DNA of 64,000 bases from an uncultured Rikenella sp. (GCA_964535795.1 CAZHTG010000011.1:2227-66226), one strand, 5' to 3'. Counted from the first letter of the stretch, positions 37,042 through 47,604 are shown. The notes: a model not told the origin generated them from the sequence alone. A program made the numbers and translations.

Positions 37042-37049
37042 TATCTTTG
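37042..37049 (+). promoter_or_regulatory. Candidate -7 box (TAtcTTTG) for the Crp/Fnr gene.
   Basis: tatctttg lies 26 nt upstream of ATG 37075. Confidence 0.45.
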
Positions 37050-37051
37050 TA

Positions 37052-37067
37052 TATGTTGTTTAACATA
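37052..37067. promoter_or_regulatory. Perfect 6-4-6 palindrome TATGTT-gttt-AACATA, a candidate Crp/Fnr-type operator.
   Basis: It has the same half-site spacing as FNR/CRP-family boxes. It sits between the -7 box and the start codon of the Crp/Fnr gene. Confidence 0.4.
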
Positions 37068-37074
37068 CGCGGAG

Positions 37075-37776
37075 ATGTCCTATAATAATCCTTACCTTGA
37101 ACAGTGTCTTGAAGGGCCATTTTCACTTTTCAGGGATTTGCCTGACAAGGAAAAGGAGTTATTGCTTCAGGATCATGTTTGTTCCTCACTGAAGAAGGGA
37201 GAAATGATCTTTCATGAGGGGGGCAGACCCGCCGGTCTTTATTGCCTGGCCAGTGGCAAGGTCAAGATTTTCAAACAGGGTATCGGAGGCCGTGAACAGA
37301 TCGTCCGGATGGTGAGGCCCCAGGGACTTATAGGATTTACAGCCTTTTTTGCCGGCACAACCTACTCAGCCTCGGCAGTGGTGATTGAAGATTCGGGAAT
37401 CTGCAGGTTTGACAGGGATGCCTTCATGAAGCTCCTCAGGCGAAATCCCGATCTTACCATGAAGCTGATGCGCATGATGGCGCTCGAGCTCTCCTTCTCG
37501 AACAAAAGAACCGTGTCACTCACTCAGAAGCATATCAGGGGCCGCCTGGCGGAGTCTCTCCTGGTCCTCCGTGATACCTACGGCGTCGAGAATGACGGGA
37601 AGACTATCAGGGCTTATGTCTCACGCGAGGACCTGGCCTGCTTTTCAAACATGACCACCTCCAACGCTATCAGGACTCTCTCAATGTTTGCCACGGAGTC
37701 AGTGATTGCACTCGACGGAAAAAAGATCTGCATTATCGATTCTTCCAGGCTTGAAAAGATCAGCCAGATGGGCTGA
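37075..37776 (+). CDS. Crp/Fnr-family transcriptional regulator (cNMP-binding domain plus C-terminal HTH).
   Basis: Beta-roll motifs (GEMIFHEGGRPAGLYCLASGKVKI) and an HTH (SREDLACFSNMTTSNAIRTLS). Confidence 0.85.
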   Translation: MSYNNPYLEQCLEGPFSLFRDLPDKEKELLLQDHVCSSLKKGEMIFHEGGRPAGLYCLASGKVKIFKQGIGGREQIVRMVRPQGLIGFTAFFAGTTYSASAVVIEDSGICRFDRDAFMKLLRRNPDLTMKLMRMMALELSFSNKRTVSLTQKHIRGRLAESLLVLRDTYGVENDGKTIRAYVSREDLACFSNMTTSNAIRTLSMFATESVIALDGKKICIIDSSRLEKISQMG

Positions 37777-40257
37777 TCATTCGTTGACATAAATCCTTTT
37801 TACTCTGGGAGGTATTGAGGTAAGTATCTCATACGGTATAGTGTTGCACAGTGCAGCAACCTCTTCGATTGGTATGTTAGCACCGAAGACCTCGGCCTCA
37901 TCCCCTGCCCTGACATTCATCCCGGTGACATCCGCCATACACATGTCCATGCATATGCTCCCGGTGACAGGTACCTTTCGGCCTTTGATAAAAAGGCTGC
38001 CTCTTCCTTCACCCAATTCCCGGCGCATTCCGTCAGCATAACCCACGGGTATGACCGCAATCTCCCTCTCATGTTCCGATGCGCCCCGGCAGCCGTAGCC
38101 TACCGGTTCGCCTGCAGGCACAGCCCTGACCTGTGACACTGCCGTCACGAATCTCCCGGTGTGCTTCAGTGTCACGCCTTCATACCTGCCTATCCCATAA
38201 AGACCGATTCCTATTCTTACCATGTCAAACTGGTATTCAGGGAAGCGGCTTATTCCTGCGGAGTTCAGAAGGTGCAGTTTGAAACCATAACCGAGAACTC
38301 CCCTCAGCCTCTCCGCGGCTGCTATAAGAAGCGAGGCCTGGCGGTGAGAAAAGGCGTCATGCGTTGGATCATTGCCGGCCGCAAGATGTGAGAACAGTGA
38401 TACAACCTTAACGTGCTGCTGTCCGGGAAGAAGCCTCAATAAATCATCAATATCACTTATACTAAACCCAAGTCTGTGCATCCCGGTATCCAGCTTCAGG
38501 TGAATCGGGTAATGCAACAGTCCGTATCTCCTGGCAACGGTTGTAAAAGACGTATAAGACTCCAGACTGTATATCTCCGGCTCCAGGTTATGCCTGATGA
38601 CCAGTTCCATCACGCTCTCATCAGGGTTCATGACCATCACCGGGGAGGTTATGCCCTCCTCCCTGAGAGCCACTCCCTCATCGGCATATGCCACGGCAAA
38701 CCAGCTGACCTGGTTGTATTCCAGCAGGGAGGCTATCTCGGCTGAGCCCGAGCCGTATGCCAATGCTTTAACCATGGCCATGATGCCTGTTCCGGGCCTG
38801 AGCAGATGTCTGAACTCATTGAGGTTATGAACCACGGCGTTCATGCTTATTTCCAGACGTGTCGGGTGCAGTTGCCTGACGAGAAGGCTGCTGATGCGTT
38901 CGAGGCCGAAGACACGGGCCCCTTTGATAAGAATGGTCTCGTCACGGAAAATGAGGCTGCGCATGGCATCAGTGAACCCCGAAGTGGAACTGAAAAAGAG
39001 TGACCCGGAAGGGAATGCGTCTCTATGCCGGGAGAGAGCCTCCCCTATCCCGATGAAGCGGTCAATGCCGGTGCTCTTCACGGCCATGGCCACCCCCTCG
39101 TACAGCCTCTGTTCATCTCCTCCGATCTGCCTGAAATCGGACAGGATGAGGGTAGTCCTTCCCCTTGAGTGATTCCTGAGGAAATCAAGGGCCATACCAA
39201 GAGAAGCGGGATCAGAATTATAGTAATCTTCAATAAGTGTGCTCCCGTTTATGCCCCTTTTTACCTCCATCCGCATTGCCACCGCAGGCAGTTCCGCCAT
39301 ACCTTTCAGAATCACTCCCTCCGGTATTTTCTCCGCAAGGCAGCAGGCTATTACTGACACTGAATTCTCTGCCGAGGCGCGGTCGGCAAACGGAATAAGA
39401 GCCTCCATTTTCCCGTTAGCCGTTGTACATCGCAGCAATTGCCCATTGTCCTTTATGCCGGTGGCCTCGACAGTCAGGCCGGCTGGTGATCCGGATAACG
39501 ACCAAGTCAACATTGGCACTGAAGGGTATCTCAAAGCCATCTCATTTCTGATGAACTCTTCATCTGCACTGCAAATCACCAGAGACGCTTCTGAGGCCAG
39601 CCTGAGCTTCTCAGCAGCGATGGCCTCCCTGCCGGCAAAGTTCTCGCCGTGTGCGTCACCGATATTTGTAATTATGACTGTGTCAGGCATAATGATGCGG
39701 GCCAGCCTTTCCATCTCCCCCGGCCTGGATATCCCCGCCTCAATGACGGCAACTTCATACCTCTCGTCGATATTCATCAGTGATAGTGCCACGCCCACCT
39801 GGGAGTTATAGCTCTTCGGACTCCGGATGACGCTTTTTGTTGTGCTCATGACTCCGGCCAGCCACTCCTTGACAATTGTCTTACCTGTGCTTCCCGTCAC
39901 GGCAATGACCTTGCCTTTAAAGTTCTCCCTGCGCCACTGTGCCATTCTGTGGAGAGCTTCCAGGGTGTCATTCACCCTGACGAACCCTGCGCCTTTCATG
40001 TCCATGCAGTTGTGTGGGACAGAATCGACGAGAAACAGCCTTACTCCACTTCCGTATAGTTGCTCGATGAACCTGTGGCCGTCATGGTTGGGGCCGCGCA
40101 GGGCGATGAAAAGAACGTCGGGGCCGGCACCCGAAGCTCTGCTGTCAATCATGATTCCGTTTACCTTAAGGGTGGCATCGCCTGAAAGCGCACCGCCCGT
40201 AATACGCGCCAGCTCCTGTGCGCTTAGTGTCACCTGTTTACTGATTTGATGAAGCAT
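37777..40257 (-). CDS. murF-alr: Bifunctional UDP-MurNAc-tripeptide:D-Ala-D-Ala ligase (MurF) / alanine racemase (Alr) fusion.
   Basis: Mur ligase P-loop [11 protein letters not shown] in the N-terminal half. The C-terminal half has the PLP-lysine motif [11 protein letters not shown] and ends [11 protein letters not shown]. The ORF extends to 40362, but that extension overlaps tdk. Plausible starts are ATG 40257 or GTG 40233, the latter forming a GTGA overlap with the tdk stop. Confidence 0.85.
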   Translation of the reverse strand: MLHQISKQVTLSAQELARITGGALSGDATLKVNGIMIDSRASGAGPDVLFIALRGPNHDGHRFIEQLYGSGVRLFLVDSVPHNCMDMKGAGFVRVNDTLEALHRMAQWRRENFKGKVIAVTGSTGKTIVKEWLAGVMSTTKSVIRSPKSYNSQVGVALSLMNIDERYEVAVIEAGISRPGEMERLARIIMPDTVIITNIGDAHGENFAGREAIAAEKLRLASEASLVICSADEEFIRNEMALRYPSVPMLTWSLSGSPAGLTVEATGIKDNGQLLRCTTANGKMEALIPFADRASAENSVSVIACCLAEKIPEGVILKGMAELPAVAMRMEVKRGINGSTLIEDYYNSDPASLGMALDFLRNHSRGRTTLILSDFRQIGGDEQRLYEGVAMAVKSTGIDRFIGIGEALSRHRDAFPSGSLFFSSTSGFTDAMRSLIFRDETILIKGARVFGLERISSLLVRQLHPTRLEISMNAVVHNLNEFRHLLRPGTGIMAMVKALAYGSGSAEIASLLEYNQVSWFAVAYADEGVALREEGITSPVMVMNPDESVMELVIRHNLEPEIYSLESYTSFTTVARRYGLLHYPIHLKLDTGMHRLGFSISDIDDLLRLLPGQQHVKVVSLFSHLAAGNDPTHDAFSHRQASLLIAAAERLRGVLGYGFKLHLLNSAGISRFPEYQFDMVRIGIGLYGIGRYEGVTLKHTGRFVTAVSQVRAVPAGEPVGYGCRGASEHEREIAVIPVGYADGMRRELGEGRGSLFIKGRKVPVTGSICMDMCMADVTGMNVRAGDEAEVFGANIPIEEVAALCNTIPYEILTSIPPRVKRIYVNE

Positions 40258-40811
40258 GTACGGCAGAGAGGCTCGTATATGTCCTTCTCTCCAAGCACAA
40301 CAATCTTCTCTTCCTTGGTCTTCCGGTGGGAATAGTTGGCCAGGTTGCCGCACCTGACACAAATAGCATGTACCTTGGTCACATACTCCGCAACGGCCAT
40401 CAGCGCCGGGACGGGGCCGAACGGCCTGCCGGAGAAGTCCATGTCGAGACCTGCGACAATTACACGGCTGCCTGCATCAGCAAGCCTGGTGCAGACATCT
40501 GCCAGGCTGCTGTCAAAGAATTGAGCCTCATCAATCCCGACAACCTCCACTCCGCTTGCGAGAAGAAGTATTGAAGCTGCATTTTCGACCGGAGTCGACA
40601 TTATCGACTTCTCATCATGCGAGACAACCTTGTCTTCCGAATACCTGTTGTCAATCGCCGGCTTGAAAATCTCTACCTTCAGCCCGGCAAACATGGCTCT
40701 CCGCAGCCTTCTGATAAGCTCTTCAGTCTTGCCTGAGAACATGGAGCCCGCAATTACCTCAACAGAACCGCGCTTGCCGGCATTGTCAACCGAATTTTCA
40801 AGAAACTCCAT
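40230..40811 (-). CDS. tdk: Thymidine kinase.
   Basis: P-loop [14 protein letters not shown]. Zinc-ribbon cysteines CVRCG...CRTC. Confidence 0.9.
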   Translation of the reverse strand: MEFLENSVDNAGKRGSVEVIAGSMFSGKTEELIRRLRRAMFAGLKVEIFKPAIDNRYSEDKVVSHDEKSIMSTPVENAASILLLASGVEVVGIDEAQFFDSSLADVCTRLADAGSRVIVAGLDMDFSGRPFGPVPALMAVAEYVTKVHAICVRCGNLANYSHRKTKEEKIVVLGEKDIYEPLCRTCFIKSVNR

Positions 40812-40881
40812 ACTTCAGATTATCAATTCTCCGTTCAATACTGAAGAGAGAATATTACAGAATGAAAAGATTATAATTAAT

Positions 40882-40889
40882 TACTTTTG
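40882..40889 (+). promoter_or_regulatory. Candidate -7 box (TActTTTG).
   Basis: tacttttg lies 40 nt upstream of ATG 40929. Confidence 0.4.
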
Positions 40890-40928
40890 CAAAATAAAGA
40901 AAACGATCATTACAAAAAACAAAGGGAG

Positions 40929-41678
40929 ATGGATTTCATTAAAGCAGTGAGCATAATAGGAAGGGATCTGGAGGAGGCGATGGCATTGCTGGACCAGCTC
41001 TATGCTGAAGGCGGATCAAATATTGCAGAGATAGAACTTGCCCGGCTGAGGGTACGCAGCGCAACAGAGCTGCTCAGGCTCCTTCCCGGTCTTAACGGGG
41101 CGAAGGCACCCTCGCCGGTTCAGGAGACCAGGAATGAGGAACCGGTGATACAGGCGGCCGGCCCGCAGACGACCGGAGAACCGGTGATGCAGGCTGCCGT
41201 GCCACAGGAGACTACTGAGCCGGTGATACTGACTGACGGGCCCCAGACGACCGCGGAACCGGTGATACAGACTGTAGGGCCTATGACAATGGAGGTTCCG
41301 GCGGCGAAGAGTGCCGGGGCACAAAAAACGCAGGATCTGCAGAAACCGATACTGGCTGACAGGTTCGCCAGCACAGGCACCCTCGGAGAAAAGATGCAGT
41401 CAGCCAAACAGGAGGGAGCCATCTCATCGGTTATGCACAGCAAGCCGATAGCCGATATCGGTGCTGCCATAGGCATGAACGACAAATTCTACTTCATACG
41501 TGAGCTCTTCAGCGGCGACACCATAGCATACCATGATACCATCATCAGGCTCAATGCCGCAGCATCACTGGGTGAGGCCATGAAGATACTCGATGAAAGC
41601 ACCGTCATGGGTTCGGACCCCTCAGCACAGTCCTCTTTCGTAGACGTGGTACGCCGAAAGTTCAACATTCATGTCTAA
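40929..41678 (+). CDS. Hypothetical protein with a central Pro/Thr/Gln-rich 13-aa tandem repeat and a conserved-looking C-terminal domain.
   Basis: The track starts at TTG 40887; ATG 40929 gives MDFIKAVSIIGRDLEEA. The middle holds 4 x 13-aa repeats. The C-terminal region reads GMNDKFYFIRELFSGD. Confidence 0.6.
   Translation: MDFIKAVSIIGRDLEEAMALLDQLYAEGGSNIAEIELARLRVRSATELLRLLPGLNGAKAPSPVQETRNEEPVIQAAGPQTTGEPVMQAAVPQETTEPVILTDGPQTTAEPVIQTVGPMTMEVPAAKSAGAQKTQDLQKPILADRFASTGTLGEKMQSAKQEGAISSVMHSKPIADIGAAIGMNDKFYFIRELFSGDTIAYHDTIIRLNAAASLGEAMKILDESTVMGSDPSAQSSFVDVVRRKFNIHV
41139..41294 (+). repeat. 4 x 39-bp in-frame tandem repeat.
   Basis: The units encode EPVIQAAGPQTTG / EPVMQAAVPQETT / EPVILTDGPQTTA / EPVIQTVGPMTME. 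Each DNA unit begins gaaccggtgat or its ccggtgat core. Confidence 0.8.
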
Positions 41679-42369
41679 GCTCTTCCTGGTGCCCACACCC
41701 ATTGGCAACCTTGGTGACATCACCATGCGCGCCCTGGAGGTGCTGAAATCCGCGGATCTTATTCTTGCGGAGGACACCAGGACAACACGCTTCCTCCTCG
41801 ATCATTACGGCATAAGTGCCCCCCTGCGGTCACATCATAAGTTCAATGAGCACCGCAGCCTTGAGGCGGTCTGCGACAGCATCGAAAGAGGCACGGTGAC
41901 GGCCCTGGTATCCGATGCCGGCACCCCCGGTGTCTCTGACCCCGGATTCCTGCTCGTAAGACGGTGCATCGAAAGAGAGATACCCGTGGAGACACTGCCG
42001 GGAGCAACAGCATTCGTGCCTGCACTGGTAAGTTCGGGACTCCCATCCGAACGCTTCTGCTTCGAGGGTTTCCTCCCGCAGAAAAAAGGAAGACAGAAGA
42101 GACTCTCCCAGCTGGCTGACGAAGAACGGACAATGATCTTCTATGAATCGCCCTTCAGGGTGATTAAGACCCTGGAGCAGCTTGGAGCAGCGCTTGGCGG
42201 TGAACGCCGGGCTTCCGTCTCAAGGGAGCTGACAAAGAAATTCGAAGAGACAACACGCGGAACACTCTCTTCACTGGCGGAACACTTCAGGAACAAAGCC
42301 CCGAGAGGTGAATTCGTGATAGTGGTAGCCGGTTCTTCACTGAAAGAGCATTCCGAAGATAATTCCTGA
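41671..42369 (+). CDS. rsmI: 16S rRNA (cytidine1402-2'-O)-methyltransferase.
   Basis: Motifs LFLVPTPIGNLGDITMRALEVLKSADLILAEDTR and SDAGTPGVSDPG. Confidence 0.9.
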   Translation: MSKLFLVPTPIGNLGDITMRALEVLKSADLILAEDTRTTRFLLDHYGISAPLRSHHKFNEHRSLEAVCDSIERGTVTALVSDAGTPGVSDPGFLLVRRCIEREIPVETLPGATAFVPALVSSGLPSERFCFEGFLPQKKGRQKRLSQLADEERTMIFYESPFRVIKTLEQLGAALGGERRASVSRELTKKFEETTRGTLSSLAEHFRNKAPRGEFVIVVAGSSLKEHSEDNS

Positions 42370-42371
42370 TA

Positions 42372-45023
42372 ATGCGCGGCAGGAGACTGATTCTCATCAT
42401 TGCTATTCTGCTGCCATGGCTTCAGTGCGGGGCGCAGGTGATCCGCGGAAAGATAACCGACGACAGCGGTATGCCAATGGCCGCGGCATCAATATATATT
42501 GCCGAACTGCGACAGGGAACCACGACGAACAACAATGGCTTTTATGAAATCGCCCTGCCGGAGGGGACATACACCATCAACTACCAGTTCCTAGGTTATA
42601 CCCCTGTATCAAGGGTTTTTACAATCAGTACCGATGATATCACTGCCGATATCACCCTCACCGAGCAGCTCTTTGAGATCCCTGCGGTAAGAGTTTCAGC
42701 CTCAGGCAGGGATCCCGCATACTACTTAATGCGCAAAGCCATAGGAATGGCACCCTTCCACCTGAACCAGGTGAAAATGTACAGGGCGGAGGTTTACATC
42801 AAGGGCGGGGGCAGCGTTGACAAATTGCCCGCCATGATCCGGCGCCGAATGAAGATCGAAGGCAATGACGCCGAATTCGAGGAGGGAAAGTACTACTTTT
42901 CCGAATCATTGAATATAATAACATTCACCGCCCCGGATAAGTACGTTCACCGCGTTATCTCCTCCAACTCATCCATGCCGGTCAGCGAGGGGCAGGCATC
43001 GCCAATGGATTACCTCGAGGCAAGTTTCTACCAGCCTGTGCTGGCCGACATCGCAATATCACCCCTGGCGCCAAACGCATTCTCTCACTATAGCTTCACC
43101 TTCCTCGGATCATCGTCACAGGGCAATTATGTCATCGATAAAATAGGCGTCACACCACGGCGCAAGAGCCAGCAGCTCTTTACCGGCGTGATCTATATTG
43201 TTGAAGACCTGTGGGCTATTCACTCGCTTGACCTGACCAATGAGAACCTGGCAGGGAAAGTAAGGATCAGGCAGCTGTACACCCCAGTCGAGGAGGGCAT
43301 ATGGATGCCTGTAAGCCACGAGTTTGACATTGACATATCCGTTATGGGAGTCCGGGCCAGGGCAGCCTATACCAGTGCGGTGAAATACCTTGAGGTGCAA
43401 CCTGACAGGTCCCTCCCGTTTCCTTCCGCTTACACAGCATTGACTGAAGCGAAAGAGCAGCCGGAGCCGCAAACCCCTGAACAGAGGGAGATGGAGGCTC
43501 TTCTTGCCAGGGATGATATCTCGGCCCGTGAAATGTCAAGGCTGGCACGGCTGAATGAGAAGAACGCCCGGCTCTCCGAAGAGAATCCCCCGCTGGAGAT
43601 AACCGACAGAACAACATTCATTATCGAGGACGATGCCACGCAGAAGGACTCATCCTACTGGCATGATGCCAGGCCCATACCGCTTACTGAGGAGGAGAGG
43701 GAGAGCGTGTCGACGGTGTCAGCTTCCGGCACAACCCTGGCAAGACGTGACACCTCCACTATTTACATTACCCTGGGGGCCGGATCACAGGACGGGAAAA
43801 GGAGCCCTGCAGCAGCTTTCGTCAGGAACCTTGCCACCGGTAAACGATGGCAGCTCTCAAAGGAATCCTTCCTGGAGTTCAACGGTCTTGCTGACCTGAA
43901 AAGCTTCTCCTTCAACACCGTCGACGGATTCGTTGCAGGCACCGGGATGAGTCTTTCACTGAAGTCCGGGGAGGCCGGGAGATTCACCCTGGCACCCTCG
44001 GCGAAGATTGCCTTCAGCCGAAACCAGCTGATGTGGAATGTCACAGCCAATCTCCTTTATGATCCGATTCGTGCCGGAAACATCTTCCTGAGAACCGGCC
44101 GGCAGTCGGATGAATTCTCCACTTCAGGCGTGAACCCCGTGGTAAACACTGTCTCTTCGCTCTTTTTCAGGCAGAACCTCATGAAGCTTTATGACAGCTT
44201 CTACCTCATAGCAGGCCACAGGGGAGACCTCGCCAACGGCCTCAATCTGTCAGTGTCATACATGATGGAGTGGCGCCAGAACCTCAATAATTACTCATCA
44301 TTTTCATTTTTCAGGCGTGACATCCCTTACTCCATTAACCTGCCTGAAAATCCGTACATTACCGGTGAGTTGGAAGGATATGATCTTTTATCGATTTCAG
44401 GTTACAGCCATTTTTCCTTTACAGCCGGCCTGACATGGACCCCCCGTCAGCGTTACAGAATCTCCGGCGGGACAAAGATCTATGCCGGATCGGATTTCCC
44501 CACTTTCATGCTGACCTGGAAACACGGGTACAATCACGGTGACACCTTTGCCGGCCACTTTGACATGCTTATTGCTGAGATCTTCCGGACTGACAGTTAC
44601 GGTCCGCTAAATGAATTCCGCTGGCGCATCCGCGGCGGAGGATTCTTCAACAGCCATAACCTTAAGCTTCAGGATATGTACTGGTTCAATACCCAGTCGA
44701 GCCCTGTTCTTCTCAATAACTATGAGGACGCGTTTTATCTCAGGCCTTATTATTCCCTCTCGGCACCAGACCACTTTGCAGAGGGCCACATACGCTACAC
44801 CTCCCCCACCCTTCTGCTGAAGAGGCTGCCCGGACTGAGCAGGACACTCGCCAGGGAGAACATAGGACTCTCGGCGCTGTGGACACCTGACCTGGGATTT
44901 TATTACGAGGCGGGATACGCCATGAGCGAGATCTTCCTTTTGGCAGAACTGGGCATATATGCCGGCTTCCGCAACACCTCATTCGAATCGGTGGGCCTCA
45001 GGCTTACTCTGAGGCTCAACTGA
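42372..45023 (+). CDS. CarboxypepD_reg-like plus DUF5686-type large outer-membrane-associated protein.
   Basis: Signal peptide, then IRGKITDDSGMPMAAASIYI...NNNGFYEI. Length 883 aa, with beta-rich C-terminus GLRLTLRLN. Confidence 0.7.
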   Translation: MRGRRLILIIAILLPWLQCGAQVIRGKITDDSGMPMAAASIYIAELRQGTTTNNNGFYEIALPEGTYTINYQFLGYTPVSRVFTISTDDITADITLTEQLFEIPAVRVSASGRDPAYYLMRKAIGMAPFHLNQVKMYRAEVYIKGGGSVDKLPAMIRRRMKIEGNDAEFEEGKYYFSESLNIITFTAPDKYVHRVISSNSSMPVSEGQASPMDYLEASFYQPVLADIAISPLAPNAFSHYSFTFLGSSSQGNYVIDKIGVTPRRKSQQLFTGVIYIVEDLWAIHSLDLTNENLAGKVRIRQLYTPVEEGIWMPVSHEFDIDISVMGVRARAAYTSAVKYLEVQPDRSLPFPSAYTALTEAKEQPEPQTPEQREMEALLARDDISAREMSRLARLNEKNARLSEENPPLEITDRTTFIIEDDATQKDSSYWHDARPIPLTEEERESVSTVSASGTTLARRDTSTIYITLGAGSQDGKRSPAAAFVRNLATGKRWQLSKESFLEFNGLADLKSFSFNTVDGFVAGTGMSLSLKSGEAGRFTLAPSAKIAFSRNQLMWNVTANLLYDPIRAGNIFLRTGRQSDEFSTSGVNPVVNTVSSLFFRQNLMKLYDSFYLIAGHRGDLANGLNLSVSYMMEWRQNLNNYSSFSFFRRDIPYSINLPENPYITGELEGYDLLSISGYSHFSFTAGLTWTPRQRYRISGGTKIYAGSDFPTFMLTWKHGYNHGDTFAGHFDMLIAEIFRTDSYGPLNEFRWRIRGGGFFNSHNLKLQDMYWFNTQSSPVLLNNYEDAFYLRPYYSLSAPDHFAEGHIRYTSPTLLLKRLPGLSRTLARENIGLSALWTPDLGFYYEAGYAMSEIFLLAELGIYAGFRNTSFESVGLRLTLRLN

Positions 45024-45027
45024 CAGG

Positions 45028-46554
45028 CTAGAAAGAGGGCTTGCGCCCGTTGTCATCCGGTGAGAAATCACTGAAGTCTGATGATATGTCGTCATTCATC
45101 TTTGACCCGAGAGTATAAACCCCTCCTGCCGGCGTTACCGGGAATGATACTTCCGATCCGAACTCGTCAGGCTCAACGAAGGTAGCCCTGTCCTCCTTGA
45201 AATAGAGAAGGATCTCGTCGGTGGGGCCGTTACGGTTCTTGGCAAGAATAATGTCGGCATGACCCTTGGTCGACTGCCCGTCTTCAAACTGTGACACCCC
45301 CATCTTCTCAGGGCGGTGGATGAACACCACCATATCGGCATCCTGTTCAATGGCACCCGACTCACGAAGGTCTGAAAGCATCGGTTTCTTGTTGCCGCCG
45401 CGCGTCTCCACCGACCTGTTAAGCTGCGACAGCGCCAGCACCGGCACGGCAAGCTCCTTGGCTATGCTCTTCAGGGCCCTTGAGATCGAGCTAACCTCCT
45501 GCTCGCGACTGCCTGCATCAGGCGGTCCGGTCATAAGCTGCAGGTAGTCTACAATCACCAGGTCAAGCTTGCCCTGGGCCTTGAGTCTGCGGCATTTGGC
45601 CCTGAGCTCGAAGACGGATATTGCCGGGGTGTCATCAATATAGATGGGGGCCTCGGTGAGTGACTTGATGCGTGATTCGAGCAGCGACCACTCCTCGGGT
45701 GAGAGCTTGCCGTTCTTGATTTTCTCTCCGGGGATCTCTGTCTCCGAGACAATGAGCCTGTTTACCAGCTGTATGGCCGCCATCTCAAGCGAGAAGATGG
45801 CCACCTTCCTGCCATGCTCTATAGCCATATTGCGTGCCATGGTAAGGGCAAAGGCCGTCTTGCCCATAGAGGGCCTGGCAGCGATGATGACCAGCTCCGA
45901 CTTCTGCCAGCCGGAGGTGAGCCGGTCAAGCTTGGTGAACCCTGACGGCACACCCACGAGGGCATCCTCCTTCTTGCCCAGCTCCTCCATCTCGGCCAGA
46001 GCCTGCCTGATGACCTCATGAATGGGGGCAACCTCATGCTTGATGTTGCCCTCGGCGATACGAAACAGCTCATCCTCACTCCTGTCAAGCAGCTCGGTCA
46101 CATCAAGGGTGTCTTCATAGACAAGGTTCTGTATGAGCGTGGATGCACGTATCAGCTCACGCTGTATATACTTCTGCATGACTATGCGTGCATGATACTC
46201 TATGTTGGCGGCAGAGACGATCCTGGAGGTAAGCTCCGTAAGATAAACCGGTCCGCCGGCCTCCTCAAGATCATTGACACGTTTGAGCTCCTGTGTTACC
46301 GTCAGAAGATCAATGGGCTGGTCACGCTTGTTGAGCTCCGAAATCGCTGAAAATATCTTCTGGTGAGCAGCAGAATAAAACACATCCGGCCTCAGCATGT
46401 CTACCACCATCCTGGCAGCCTCTATCTCCAGCATCGCAGCGCCAAGAACCGCCTCCTCCATCTCAGGCGACTGCGGGGGTATCCTTCCTCCTTCAGGTAT
46501 GACAACTACATTAGACTTCTTATCCTGCCTTCCTCTTGATGCAACTTGTGCCAT
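45028..46554 (-). CDS. dnaB: Replicative DNA helicase.
   Basis: Motifs PPQSPEMEEAVLGA and GVPSGFTKLD, Walker A ARPSMGKTAFAL, and VIVDYLQLM. Confidence 0.95.
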   Translation of the reverse strand: MAQVASRGRQDKKSNVVVIPEGGRIPPQSPEMEEAVLGAAMLEIEAARMVVDMLRPDVFYSAAHQKIFSAISELNKRDQPIDLLTVTQELKRVNDLEEAGGPVYLTELTSRIVSAANIEYHARIVMQKYIQRELIRASTLIQNLVYEDTLDVTELLDRSEDELFRIAEGNIKHEVAPIHEVIRQALAEMEELGKKEDALVGVPSGFTKLDRLTSGWQKSELVIIAARPSMGKTAFALTMARNMAIEHGRKVAIFSLEMAAIQLVNRLIVSETEIPGEKIKNGKLSPEEWSLLESRIKSLTEAPIYIDDTPAISVFELRAKCRRLKAQGKLDLVIVDYLQLMTGPPDAGSREQEVSSISRALKSIAKELAVPVLALSQLNRSVETRGGNKKPMLSDLRESGAIEQDADMVVFIHRPEKMGVSQFEDGQSTKGHADIILAKNRNGPTDEILLYFKEDRATFVEPDEFGSEVSFPVTPAGGVYTLGSKMNDDISSDFSDFSPDDNGRKPSF

Positions 46555-46613
46555 TAAATATCTTATTGTTATTCAGTTAGATAAATTCAGAATACAGCTG
46601 TTACTGCCGTGAT

Positions 46614-46621
46614 CAAATTTA
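46614..46621 (-). promoter_or_regulatory. Candidate -7 box (TAaaTTTG on the minus strand) for dnaB.
   Basis: Plus-strand caaattta lies 60 nt upstream of the start at 46554. Confidence 0.35.
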
Positions 46622-46738
46622 ACAATAACAACAGGCAAAGGAGTCGCAGGCAATCTTTTGTTTCAAACAGAAAATTGTTAAAAAGATGTTGAAAACGGAT
46701 ATAATCGTCAAATATGAGGTATTTTAAAAAGGTTCGTA

Positions 46739-46746
46739 TATTTTTG
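46739..46746 (+). promoter_or_regulatory. Candidate -7 box (TAttTTTG) for ispE.
   Basis: tatttttg lies 24 nt upstream of ATG 46770. Confidence 0.35.
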
Positions 46747-46769
46747 ATCTCTCAAGAAAGTATCCTGAC

Positions 46770-47591
46770 ATGGTAGTATTTCCAAGGGCAAAGATAAACA
46801 TCGGGCTAAGGATCGTTGAAAAGCGGCCTGACGGCTACCATAATATCGAGACCTTCTTTTACCCCGTGGCTCTTGCCGACGCCCTGGAATTTGTTGTCAG
46901 GAAGGATAACCGCAGGCATGATACCCTCAGGGTCACCGGCTACATGAATGAGGTAGACCCGGAGGACAACCTGGTGATGAAGGCGGTGAGGCTCATGCGG
47001 CACTCTTTTGATTTCCCCGGCATACGTATCCATCTTCACAAGAGCATACCTGTGGGAGCGGGCCTCGGAGGAGGGTCTTCCGATGCGGCCTGGATGCTCC
47101 GTGCGCTGAACCGCTATTTTGAGTTCGGTCTCAACGCTGAGGAGCTGCGGTCATTTGCAGGCAGGCTGGGCAGCGACGCACCATTCTTCATTGACGGCAG
47201 CCCGTCATTTGCCGAGGGAGTGGGAAATATCCTGTCGGAGTTTCCGCTTGACCTCAGCGGCTACCACATTGCCATCCTCTGGCCAGACCTCAACATAAGT
47301 ACCGCCGAGGCCTATGCAGGGTGTGTTCCCTGTCCCACCGGACTGTCGCTGAGACAGTTGCTCAACCTGCCCGTAAGCGAGTGGCGCGGCAGGGTGGTAA
47401 ACGATTTTGAACTTAATATTTTCAGCAAGTATCCGCTGTTGGGAAGGATAAAGAATGTCCTTTATGAGGCTGGAGCCCTGTACGCGTCGATGTCAGGCAG
47501 CGGATCGGCTGTCTATGGCATCTTCCCTGAAGAGCCGGTGCTCCCACGCGAAATCTCCCGCTATCTTCTGAACACCGGAGACCTCATCTGA
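46770..47591 (+). CDS. ispE: 4-diphosphocytidyl-2-C-methyl-D-erythritol kinase.
   Basis: GHMP kinase motif PVGAGLGGGSSDAA. N-terminus FPRAKINIGLRI. Confidence 0.85.
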   Translation: MVVFPRAKINIGLRIVEKRPDGYHNIETFFYPVALADALEFVVRKDNRRHDTLRVTGYMNEVDPEDNLVMKAVRLMRHSFDFPGIRIHLHKSIPVGAGLGGGSSDAAWMLRALNRYFEFGLNAEELRSFAGRLGSDAPFFIDGSPSFAEGVGNILSEFPLDLSGYHIAILWPDLNISTAEAYAGCVPCPTGLSLRQLLNLPVSEWRGRVVNDFELNIFSKYPLLGRIKNVLYEAGALYASMSGSGSAVYGIFPEEPVLPREISRYLLNTGDLI

Positions 47592-47604
47592 CAGGGCTCT
47601 AAGT

